Assembly (NCBI RefSeq): GCF_018350175.1
Contig: NC_058368.1
Location: forward strand, 7,316,001 to 7,380,000
Source: Felis catus
Lineage: Eukaryota
Length of the DNA: 64,000 nt
Direction of reading: 5' to 3'
Position numbers and translations under genes: made by a program. Below, one piece after another: positions 50,209 through 62,157 of this stretch. The notes beneath the pieces were generated by a model. It was not told the DNA's origin, made no database searches, and was given only the letters and a program-made list of their open reading frames with translations. Numbering within the stretch: the stretch's first letter is position 1; each line of letters opens with the position of its first letter.

Positions 50209-50414
50209 AAAGAAAAAAGCTTTTTGAAATTTTACAAGGCCGAGAAAGCTCCAGGAATTTACATGTAAAAAGCGGACATGGGTTAAGGCAATATAAAACC
50301 TTAGAAGAAGTGAATGAGTGCGTGGAGATCATTAACCTGGTTTAAAAATTGAATTTCACCTATTTTTGTAGGGCACAACCATGAATCCAGTAAACTAAGA
50401 GGATGGGAGTTATA

Positions 50415-51250
50415 TCCATTCATTCGTTCATTCATTCAACAAAAATTACTGGGTAGCTACTGTGTGACCAGCCTGTTCTCCAGAGGATGGAGACTAGATC
50501 ATAGACTTGGGCACGACGGAGGTAAGCTTGATGAGAGTAGCATCAGTGGACAGGTGAAAATGGTTGGAGCAGCTTAAAGAGAAAACATGAGCTGAGAAAG
50601 TCAGGACAGTGCGTATAGAAAACTCGAGAACCGCCACAAAGGAAAGCCGAGATATTGGGTTATAGTTGGAAGAAGCATGGGGCCCAGTAATTTCTTTTTA
50701 AGGTGGGCGATATCACAACATATTTGTAGGCTAAAGGGAATTGCCCAGTTGGGAAGGAGAAGTTGACGATGCACAAGTGAAAGAGGGCAGCTTACGAGCC
50801 AAGACCTTACGAGGCGAGAGGGAGGGGAGTTCTGGTACGAGTGGCGGAGCAAAGGCTCATGGTGTGCCCGTCAAAGCTGCTGGGAGGTTGGAAGGAAAAT
50901 GGAGGAAAGAGCCTGGCAAGGTCAAAAAGGAGTGTGGGAAGAAAAAGCTTCCATTCAAGAGACAGAGTGAAAGCAGTGTCCGCAGGAGAAAGCCAGGCTT
51001 CAGTTACAGCAAGAAGATGACTTCATCAATTATGAGTGAATTTAGTGCGGCATGGTTGAACGTTAACAACATTGAAAGCAAAGAGAAAATATAAGAGCAT
51101 ATCTGGTGAACTTGAAGTGAGCATTGTTCTGTAAATTCTTTTGTTTAATTTGTGTATGTGGCTGTGGGTGTATCCTAGATACAGACATGAAATGTATTCC
51201 TTAGTGCAGGTTGGGGTGAGAAAGCTTGAAAGCCATGACATTAGGTGACT
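50415..51250 (-). mobile_element. L2 fragments
   Basis: (cattcatt)n end and purine-rich L2-like body (gatgagagtagcatcagtgga, gggcgatatcacaacatatttgtaggcta). Confidence 0.55.
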
Positions 51251-54200
51251 GTAGGACCCTATGGAGATAAGACTCTTGATGGTGATGAATGACCTGACTG
51301 GTTTGGAAATAAGAAGGGACGTGAGGCATGATGGGATGAACGCCATTGATCTGGAAGGGAGACTGAGTCCTAAAGCCCCAGGCTCTGGTGGCTTGGTCAG
51401 GGCTTGTCCCTCACCTGGGCCCAAGCTCACGGGACAGCTTTAGCATCTGATTAAGCAGCACCAGCAAGACTCGATATGAAGGTTCCTGGCATCTAATTGG
51501 TTATGCAGGGCAGAAGATGTCTCGTCCGCCGCTCAGGCAGTTGTGTCGGGAGCCTGAGGCACACCCGTGCCCTGGAGGGTTTGTTTAGGTCCAAGAAACC
51601 ATCAGGGAGAAAAGGTGATCTCAAGAACTACAAGCGAAACAGTCTGTGGCCTTGGCTCCAGAAATGCATGGCTCGTGATTCATTAAAGAAAGAAATATCC
51701 AGAAATAGCAGCAACACAGAAGCACGGATTCATTTTTCCAATCTATTAAATTCCAGGTCGAGCTTACACGGATCTTGTATGGACAGGTTGGGTATTTTAG
51801 CTCCACTAGTCAGAACTCACTGGAGGGAGATCGTGACCCTGAATTCAATCTCCAGGACGTTACGGAATTTCCTCCTCTCTTTCAAGGAGAGGTAATGACG
51901 CCATTAGTAATGCTGAAAGGTTTCCCACAGGAAATATTCTAAAAGACAGAAAGTCTAACGAAAAGACTGGCTTCTGCCCGTTCTACCAGAAGCATTCATC
52001 ACCATAAGTAATATCTCCCATTTAGGGACTCCTCTGTGTGCTGTGATGTACGTACGTACGGGGTGTTCACATGTATCACTTCCTGCGGATCTCATGACGC
52101 ACTCGGACGCGGACTTCACAGATGACTGAGGTTAGGCTCGGTTAGGTTCTTCCATCATTTAGTCCGTCGGTATGACTGTCCCGTGTCGTGTCACGTGCGT
52201 GGTGAGGTTTCAGCAGCGAGCGGAGAGAAGTTCCCACCGGCTTCTCAGGACCCGCACTCTCGAGTCTGAGGACATGTCACAGGCTCCCCGGCAAGAACAC
52301 GCTCGGGTTGGATCCGAGCCCGGGGCTCTGGCTCTGTTTCCAGGCCTCCTCCCTCCCTGCCTCTGCGTCTATTTGGGGAAAAACGGACAACAGATCTTAA
52401 CGCTTCCTCTTTGACTTACGCGGAGCTTTTGCCTCTTACGGAGATAGAAAAGAAAAATGGGGGTTGCCCTTTCCCACAAGCCCCAGACATGGAGATTGCA
52501 GGTTACAATCTTCATTTTGCCAAGTTTACAAGTCATCTGTTCCATGGCAGGAAAACAGGAGAGTGGGATTCAGAGGCTTTCTTGCTCTACTGTTTTCACC
52601 AATTAAATTTGGCCACGTTGTGATATTTATGTGCACTGAGAGCATTTAACCGTCCCTCCGGTTCTCTACGGGCTCCGTCCCGGACGCTTACGAAACCTCA
52701 TCCGTGGGTTTCCGATGGACAGTCGCGCACACAGACCTCCAAGTCTTCGCAGAGGCCACTGCAAAGATGCGGGACGGCGGATATTTAGGAAATATTCTAA
52801 AAGACAGAAAGTCTAATGAAAAGACTGGCTTCTGCCAGATGAAGATGAAGACAAGAGGACCCGACTCGCGGTCACGCTTTGCTAGGACAGCCCAACGCAA
52901 AAATGTTTCACGTGACAGCATGAGATAGTGACTGTTCAAACACGTGTTCCAGAGCCACGATGCCTACCAAGCTGGAGACCAGCAACCTACAGTTTTGCCT
53001 CGAAGCCCGGCAGGGACGGGGAAGGTTGCAAGGCGCGCGCTGATTCGGGTCCATCTGAGCCATTTTCCTCATTTGTGCCCCATTAGTACACACTCCCCCC
53101 CAAAGGAGCTGAGGTTCACTACGGCTTTTCATTGGCCGGGGAGGGAGTATGCAGAGAGAACTGGTGGAGGGTAGCCTAACGGGGAATTGTTCCAACCATA
53201 TCTCTGTTCAGTGTGTCAAATACATCCTTGAGGCAGGTGCTCGAATTCACAGGCTCTTTAGAGAGAATTTAGCAGCCCCAGGAATATATTGGTTAAGAAG
53301 AAGAAAGGAGGGGCGGCGGGGCTGGGGGGGAGGCGGTGCGGGTGGAAACACACAGCATCAGCTGCTTGGAGGGAAAAAGCTAACCGTAGAAACTTCTCTG
53401 CCGAGAGAGGTGCAGCTGTCAAAGCAATAAGGTAAATGAGTCTCAGACTAAAATGGATTTTGCAGTAGAACTGTGTCCTCCGATAAATAGGGGAGATTGA
53501 ACTCCAGCTCCGTCCCGCTATTCCTTGGTAATGCCCCATTTGGGCGCTGACTGGGTGGTCTTAAGCCCACTGCCACCCTGCCTCCACCGGCCACACCAAT
53601 CAAGGCCCCGCAGCTGAGACCCTCGCTGACCTGCCTCAGGAGCCTTTTCTAAACTCCGATTCACTCATTTGTGTGGGATGCTTTTCTCGCTACTTTATTT
53701 ATGGGATTACATAAATGAGCCATTAAAAATGTAAATCTTCAGAACAGTGGAATAATACAGATTTAAACAATACGCTCGGGGCGGTACAGTACAGACAGGG
53801 CCCTGCGCCCTCGCTATCGCCCCATCGTGACTATGGCAACAATAGGGGGTGCAGGGAAGGACAGAGGGGAGGGAAATAAAACGTCCCCGCATTGTGGCAG
53901 TCATTGGCACCAGAGAAAGATTAGGGCGTTTCTTTTCTTCAAGGAGTATCGGAACAATAATGAAGATGTGCCATTATAACCGACAAAGCAGCTGGGGCAT
54001 CCCTCACACAGAGCGGGCAGGACAATCAGGCACACCACGGATCTGAGAAGTTGATCCCACCTCGTGGCCAAGTATTTAACCCTTTGGTGGCTTCTGGCAG
54101 AAGCAAAGGAGGAAAAGAAGAGGGAATCCTCACCCTTGTCCTGTTATGATCATCTTAGGGTTAATTTTTGTGTGTGTGTTATTGAACGTTTTCAACTCTG

Positions 54201-54549
54201 CGCCCGCATGTGAATTGCATGTGAATTCCGCGGGAGCCTCCCACTCCGGGGAGTCGGTCAGGCCAGAGCAACGGCTGCTATGGTTCTGCCCCGAGCAGGG
54301 CACCGCGCAAGGGGAGCGGTGGGGGCCGGTTACCTGGTGGCCCTGGGGGGGAGGGGCAGGAGAGGAGGCAGTGCTGGGACAGAGGAGCCTCACGGGCTCA
54401 GGGTCGTCTCTCCGCGCAGAGCTCGTAACAGCTCGGACCCTGAGCCCTGGGAGAGGAGGCACGCCGGGCACCGGGTGTAGACCACGGGAAGAAGACCCAG
54501 CAAGGGTGCGGGACGGAGCCACCAGGGGTGGCAGAAATCTGCTTCCAAA

Positions 54550-54850
54550 GTAAACGCAGGTGCCCCCCACATCCACAGCAGGCCTACCCACGGTGGCCAA
54601 AAGGTGGAAGCAACCCAGGCGTCCATGGATGAAGGAATAAACAGGACGCGGTCTACGCATACAACCGAGTAGGATTCAGCCTTCCAAAGGGAAGAAATTC
54701 TGACACGGGCGACAACGTGGATGAACCTTGAGGACATCGTACCAAGTGAAACAGCCAGTCCCAGAAGGACAGATACTTTACGATTCCTCTTCTGTGAGGC
54801 ACCAAGAGTACTCAAGTTCACAGAGATGGAAAGTAGAACTTGGGAAGCTT
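54550..54850 (+). mobile_element. L1MB-like 3' fragment, GC-shifted
   Basis: gccaaaaggtggaagcaaccca...aaattctgacac...tggatgaaccttgaggacat...aagtgaaa motifs. Confidence 0.85.
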
Positions 54851-55464
54851 GGCGGGGATGGGGGCGGGGGAGGGGAGCCTCCCCAAAGCCACACTAAAGG
54901 TCAGTGTCTTGACTTGGATCCGATTAAGTGGAACGGGTGCCTTAGGGTTGCCCACTTGTGCTTGACGAGGAAAGCCTTCGTGAACGTGAGATCTAACGCG
55001 GACCCTGACCTGTAAGATCACGGATGCAGGGCTGCTCTGTGCTGGGGCTCTCCCCACTCAGCCTTCCCACTCAGCTGGGGAGCAAGGGCTCCCCCAAACT
55101 GCGGCGGGCCCTGGCCTCCTACAAAGACTTTGTCTTGTCGCCTCTCTGACTATATCGCTTATCCCCCACGTTCACCCTTTGCATCTACCTTTCTCACTTG
55201 CTTCTTCCCCCATCACGGTTTTGGAAACCTCCAGATACTGTCCCGAAGAAGCGGCTTCACTCTTTGCCAGGTACGATCACTTGCTTCCCAAAGCCAACCC
55301 AGGTCGGAGAGAAAAGGCCCAATGCGTGGCTCCTTTGGGAAGCAGTGGGGAGCGAAGGTGCAAACCAAATGACCCCTCCCATCCCAACCCACTGGGGGCT
55401 TCTGATCACAGAATTCTTAGAATCTCAAACTTAGTAAAGACAGTTTATGACAAGCCTCCAGAGA

Positions 55465-55862
55465 ACAGGTTCTCAAACTTTGTTACATATTGGAATCGTC
55501 TAGAGGACATTAAAAAATATTGAGTCCTGGGGCGCTTGTGTGGCTCAGTCTGTTAAGCGTCCGACTTCGGCTCAGGTCATGATCTCATGGTTTGAGTTGG
55601 AGCCCCCCCACACTGGGCTCTGTGCTGACAGCTCAGAGCCTGGAGCCTGCTTCGGGTTCTGTGTCTCCCTATCTGCTCCTTCCCCACTCATGCTCTCTCT
55701 CTCTCTCTCAAAAATAAATAACCATTAAAAAAATATATATTGAGTCCTGGATCCAGCCTCCAGAGATTCTGATTTGATTGGCCTGAGTGCAGCTGGGGTA
55801 TCAGGAGTTTATCAAAGCTTCCACAGTGATTTTAATGGCCTGCCAGGACTGAGAACCACTGG
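55465..55862. mobile_element. MER5A-like element split by a SINE
   Basis: ggttctcaaactt...ggaatc on the left and ccagagattctgattt...tgagaaccactg on the right. Confidence 0.75.
55529..55735 (+). mobile_element. Feline CAN SINE
   Basis: TSD atattgagtcctgg. Confidence 0.93.
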
Positions 55863-56782
55863 TCTAGAGATAATGCAGATGAGTAAGACTTGTCAAAATT
55901 TATAAAGTGCTTTGACCTCAGATGTCATAGCCACAGGTCTATCACAATGTAGGACAGTTGGGAACAGGGTTGCAGAGGGGCACAGAAACTATGCAGAGTG
56001 GGGAAAATCTTATTTTCTTCTCATTCAAATAAGAAATGATGGATATTGTCTTCCTATTACAGGGATCATCGTAGGCAGCACCAGAGAGACCTGGGTGAGT
56101 ATCTGTTATGTGTGGAGACAATCTCAGTGGGAACAGAGGTGGCCACGTAGTTGCCGGAAGGATTCCGGAGAGTTTGAGGCAGTGGTGTTGCTGGATTCAT
56201 TCACCCGTTCATTTAGCAATGGACTCATTTGCTGAGTGACCGCTGTCTTATTGGCGCTTTGCTCAGCCCTGAAGGCAGAGCAGAGAGCAGTCCTCCCTCA
56301 CGGAGCGTACACTCCAGCGAGGGACACAGAGACGATACAAGCAATGAGCCAAGTCATTGTTTAAATAATAATTTCGGTTGTGCTAATGTGTCCCAGGGCT
56401 GTATCTGCACCTCCTTGTTCGGTCCTCGCTCCCACCATCTGGACTCATCCTGAGCAGAGACTAAGACTTATTACAGGACGTTGAATTCATGGGGTCAACT
56501 TCTTGTTGTTAACCGCAGTGAATTTACACATGGAGAACTGGGCTCAAATCGGTTGAGCTCTTATTGGCTTCCCCGATTCTCAGGTTGGGAGAGAAGGCTT
56601 TCGGGGATAGGATAGTAAAAGTGTGTGAAATGATACCTTCTGTCAGAGCCCTGCAGAGTAGGACTGATCTAGCTGGGCTGACCGAAGAAAACTTGAACTA
56701 ACAAAAGCCATCAGGAAACAACACAACAACCTGGCAATAATACTGCTTATGCCACACCCACGAGTATCAAGGAGGCTCTGCA

Positions 56783-56786
<4 letters not shown>

Positions 56787-56822
<36 letters not shown>
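56787..56822. repeat. (TG)n microsatellite
   Basis: Direct reading. Confidence 0.97.
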
Positions 56823-56823
<1 letters not shown>

Positions 56824-57110
56824 CACGGGAAGGCAAGACACGTGAGGAGCACAGACAGAGCGAAGCATTAATTGGACAAGAAAGGCTAAATTCGGCTCCC
56901 CACCCTTTGCAGCCCTGCCCTTGACTTCGGCACTGTGCCATCCCATTGCTGTTCCCGAGGCTTCCCCACAGCTGCAGAAATGTGGTCCTGCCCAAAGCTG
57001 TTGCCCAGGGTCCCATCAAAAGATGCTCTTACGCAGAGTATATATTATCCATATACATAGTGTAATACTATATATATGTATATATACACACTATAGATAG
57101 GTACATATGC

Positions 57111-57112
<2 letters not shown>

Positions 57113-57145
<33 letters not shown>
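57113..57145. repeat. (CA)n microsatellite preceded by TA-rich low complexity
   Basis: Direct reading. Confidence 0.95.
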
Positions 57146-57148
<3 letters not shown>

Positions 57149-58818
57149 TAAACTCACATCACCCGGCTGGAACAAGTTCACAGGGAACATGACACATTTT
57201 CAAACTGCAGATAGCAAAGGAGAGGCTGTGCTTAGGAGTGACCCTCGTTCATCCTCTATCAGTGAAAGGAGTGCAGCGAAACCAGTTGCCAGAGTTCCAC
57301 AGACTTCTTCTATTTAGCTTCGGAGTGCGATTTTTTCCTTATTGGACTTACAGTGGCAGATTGGGAGTCTTCTGAGAGCAGATACTGCGACTAACTTTTT
57401 TTTTTTTACTCTAATAACAAAATAACTCGCTTACAATAGGCATTTGAGAGACACCAGTTAAAGAAATGATTTACTTAGAAAACTCTGGGGGAAAACTAAG
57501 GCGTATTCCAACTCTCTGAATTCTTTGTTTCCAAAACACCTCCTGTTCACCTAGACTTCCATGCTTTTGTTCATTTGATTTCATTTATCTAAAATACTTT
57601 TCTCCACCGTTGCTGTCCTCTCTTGCTCGGCGATGATCCGAATTCCAAGCTGCAATTGCCCTCTGGTCGTAGGTGAGTGTTGTTCTTCCTGTCTCCACGA
57701 ACAGATACTCCCTCTACCCTTGAACACACTGCTCTCACTGGGGCCTCACTGCTGGGAGGGGTCTCCTGGTTCAGCTGTCTCCTCACTGAAGCGTATGCTT
57801 CGTGAGACTCTAGGCTATTTTTATCTTTGGCCTCCGTGCCTAGCACTGGGCTACGATTAGTCTATCAAGTTTCTGCACACACGAAGGAGTGAATGCAGAA
57901 ATATCTATTCCGTGTGCGTGCAGTCAAAAACGAAGTTCAGAATCGCATTGGTTCTTAGGTAAATCATTTACTGGCGAGTTGACTCTTTAGAAGTATTGCC
58001 CCTCCCCTCTTGGCTTCAAGTGAATTTTGGACACACGAATGGATACAATGACTAGGACAATAAAAATGGCTAGCACATGAGGATGCTCACCACGTGCCCG
58101 GCTCGTCTCTAGGCACTTTCAGTAGAGACTATGTTCTACTCCAGCCTTTATACCTGACTTACTATAGTCTGGGTGTATTGTGTGTGTGTGTGCTTACCCA
58201 CGCGCACACCTACACGCCCCTCCTGACGCGTGCAATCTTGATTATTTACCGTTGCCTAAATATATTAACACACAATTTCCTACAGAAGTAAAAACCATCA
58301 TGTTTAGGAAGAGGCATTTTCCTGCCTGAATCTATATAGCTTGTGCTGGCAAGTGAATTTTCTGTGAAACGGGTGACTTTGAAAGAGCTGGAAAACGAAA
58401 CCGTGCAGCTTGAAGAAAGGTGGTTTCCATCGCCATCGGACCTAACTAATGCTTTCCAGTCTTTCTTTCTACACATTGGGGCAAGGAGGGGAAGACAGAA
58501 TAAATACCTCGTCCAAACTCCGTGACTGGAGACAAAGATTTTAATTTTCTAAACATTTTTACAAGTCGAGAGAAATGGAAACTTTGCAGACCGTGAAAGG
58601 CACCCTCTCAGGTTCCTTTTATTTTCAGGTTAGGGGAGTGCTGTTGGAGCGGTGCTGAATTCACAGGGTCAACCTCTTGTCGGCTGAACGGTTTACAAAT
58701 TGAGGATTCCGCTCCGATAGGTTGATTTCTTGTTGCTTGTCCAGTTTTTAAGCCGGGAAGAGAAGCCTTCTGGTGATGTGATATGAAAACATGGTATGTT
58801 CTGCCGGATTTAGTTAAT

Positions 58819-58882
58819 CTGCTGCTGCTGCTGCTGCTGCTGCTGGTGAATCAAAGGAAGAAGGAGGAGGAGGAGGAGGAGG
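58819..58882. repeat. (CTG)9 followed by a (GAG)n tract
   Basis: Direct reading: CTG x9 at 58819-58845 and a GAG run at ~58863-58882. Confidence 0.95.
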
Positions 58883-60481
58883 GAGAGAAGAGCTACCGAC
58901 GTAGCTGTTACTCACACATCCGCGTTGCACTGAATTTACTGGCTAACGCAGTGACAACAGCGATTATTTTTCTCAACACCAGTGATGCCGTGGGACCGTT
59001 CAGGGTTCTGTGAAGGGACTGCCCATTGGCGTTTTGTGCCAGACCGGGCATTTTCACCTGGGTAGTGCCTTCGGTTTTATTCATTTTTCTGGACCCTGAG
59101 CCCTTGGCAAGCAAAACGAGAATTCGGAGCCGTCTTTTTTTAAATGGCTTCAGCAGGAGGGCTCGGCCCAGGATCTCTCCGCCCCCTTCCCACTGAGAAA
59201 CTCAGACCGCCGTTTTTTAGCTGTTTACCCAAAAACGAATAAACAAAACCTCGCGATGACACTGTCTCTTCTTTCGTTATCGCTCGCTTTTTCGAGGCTA
59301 TCAGCATTTTTCACGTTGGCATTGGTTCCCCTTCTATAGTTTGCCTTCTTTAAAAAGAGGGGGGAACTAAAGCCCACTAACTAGTTTAAAAGAGATGAGA
59401 CTAACAAAGCAGGCTTTTTCCTCCTCATGAACTGTGTATATAATTACTTGAATCATGTTGATTTCACCCATATGCTGGGGAAGGGGGAAAAAAAAAACCC
59501 CAGCAAAAATAACCACTGTGAATTCAAACTACAAGTGAATGGAACCAGCCTCATTCATAAATGTCATATGAAGCTTTGGTTAAAAAGGCAAGTCTGTCAT
59601 TCCAGGGACAGCAGCTGTTGTTATGTTGAACAAAATGGATACAAATGGGTATTATTTTAAAGTGAAATGCTTAATTTCAGGCCTAACAAGCACACTGTCC
59701 TCTGTGTAGCCCTGTGTCACAAGAGCCATGATCTCCAGTAGAGGGCTTGATTGCACAGGAAATCAAGCTCACAGGCTGCGGCCGACCGGACCAGCAGACA
59801 CACTGGCGATGTTTGAGTTACTATGGCAATCACAAAATAGGAAGGCCTTTTCTTCTTTTCCCCATCTCTGCATGCAGCCGCAGCCTGCCCCTGAATAGGC
59901 CACATCTGCAAAAAGTTTTAACACGGTACTCAGATAAAGAAAAGGGTCCCCCAAATGGGCACTGACCCGTCTCAAAAAATGTTGCAAATTTTACATACAA
60001 GAATTGGGGAGCCGGGCCACTCTGCACAGGTTATGTCATAATGCAAACACAAAGGGGTTAAAGCGTGTGAAGGCTTTGGCTGTCAGATATTGAGAGGAGG
60101 GAACGGCAGAAGTAAATGACAGCTTAAATGCAGATGTAAGGAGAAAAGTCAAAGATGGGTGACAGAAAGTTACTGGTCAATGAATGAGGGAGAAATTTCA
60201 AACACAAAAAAACAGACAAAAGGGTAAAAATACAATAAAATCTATCTATAGAGATTTACTGAGAAAACCCCCCAAAGCATATTTAGCCAATCTTGGAACC
60301 ATGAAACCCTGTGAAACCAACACATGGCCCTTTAGACGGGGTCTTTGTAGACTTTTCGAATCCCACCACTCTCTCCACACAACTTTCCGACGGGCGAGGA
60401 GGCTTTCACACAATGGCGGAGCCCCCCTGGGAACTGGTATTTCAGACACAGCTTGGAAAAAATGGATGTTTTCTGATTTTA

Positions 60482-60484
<3 letters not shown>

Positions 60485-60526
<42 letters not shown>

Positions 60527-60552
60527 CATAGAGAGAGAGAGAGAGAGAGAGA
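60485..60552. repeat. Compound (TG)n-(AG)n microsatellite
   Basis: Direct reading. Confidence 0.97.
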
Positions 60553-61920
60553 CAGGTTTAGATGATCTTTGGAAGCGAGCCTCTCTTGGAATGCTGGCTC
60601 ACCCAGGGTCCAAGGGTGTTGTTGAAAAGACCTTTCCCACCACTTCCCTACATATTTCCTTAAAATGTAACACTTAGATTTTGAGTCCCCTCGTGTCTGC
60701 CAGTTCAAAGGTGATGGGCAGTTTTCTGAAATGCAGCTTCCTGCCCATGCCCTTGGCGTGAAGGAATCATCTTTAGGCTTCAGAAGAACATGGCTCATCT
60801 CCCCTCATGGCTTATTAACCCCGCCACCCCCTCCCCGGAGCCGAAGGGCGAGCGATGATGCATCCCCTCTCGAAAAATCCAAGTGTCAAGACGAGGCAAA
60901 AATACCGAAATTAATCTTCACTTCTTTTAGCTTAGAGAGCCATTCATGGCGTGAAAACAGTTGGAAAAGACTTGGGTGGGTAGCTGACTGAAAAGTCGCC
61001 ATTGGCAAGAGTTGAAACTCAGAGGGAAGAATGCTTTTAAATAGCATGAACTCACCACACAAAGTCCACGGTGCTGAAAGGCGTCCAGAGTCCAGTAAAA
61101 CCGACACTACATTTCACATTCATTGACTCTTGTCCTTCTGGGGGAGTTTTCTTATGAAGAGAAAGAGGCAGTGGGAAGACAATGGTGCTACCTTATCAAA
61201 GTTCATTCATGCAGCTATTTCAAATACTTTTAACTGCTTGTCAATAGGCCTTGCAAGCCTCTGAGATTCTAAACGTTCTGTCACATTTGTGTACTAACCA
61301 CTTAAAGTTCTGCTAAAGCTTTGTGACCTGGGCTGCCTCCCCTTTATGTGGGTCAAAATGCAAGGCGAAGCCATTGTGTTCCACGGCCTTCATTAAATTC
61401 ATTGATTTGACCTGTATTTTAAAGACCAAAAGTCAAATGGAATGGGAAGTTAACGTTCCCATACAAAATCTTCTCCTGGGCACTTTTCGGCTTCCTTGAA
61501 CTCTCTGGTGCGTAGGCAAAGGACATTTTAGGGTTGTTTGAAGTCTGGCTTGTAGCGAGACAAGCGTTTTGGAGAAAAGTTTGGGCTTGTTTTTAATTTT
61601 GCGCGAGGGCGAAACCAACACCAGCGCTGAAGGAAGCGATTGCCTTGAACTCGATTTTCTTCCCAAGAGGGGGTTTTATCCATCTTCCACAGCAGCCTTG
61701 CAGGCTGCAGCCGGGGGGCTGTCTCTTGCGAGTGTTTCTATGGCAAAAGTGGTCACAAACGGCGCTCATTTAAAGGGCTGGGGAGGCAACGGAAAAAGAA
61801 GAATTGTCAGGAAAAAGCCGGACAAGTGTCCTCAAGCTATATCCACCCTAGTTGCTGCTTCTCTCTCTCACTCGTGGCCTTGTTACTCTCCTACATTTTC
61901 CAACTGAAAAGAGTAGAAGT

Positions 61921-62157
61921 GGGGTGCCTGGGTGGCGCAGTCGGTTAAGCGTCCCACTTCAGCTCAGGTCACGATCTCGCGGTCCGTGAGTTCGAGCCCC
62001 GCGTCGGGCTCTGGGCTGATGGCTCGGAGCCTGGAGCCTGCTTCCGATTCTGTGTCTCCCTCTCTCTCTGCCCTTCCCCCACTCATGCTCTGTCTCTCTC
62101 TGTCCCCCAAAATAAATAAACATTAAAAAAAATTTTTTTAATAAAAAAAATAAAAAA
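61921..62157 (+). mobile_element. Young feline CAN SINE
   Basis: CpG-intact, with TSD aaaagagtagaag. Confidence 0.95.

Noticed and set aside
58783..59013. ORF with poly-Leu and poly-Glu resembling a signal peptide
   Set aside because: Produced by (CTG)n and (GAG)n microsatellites, with no exon structure or homology.
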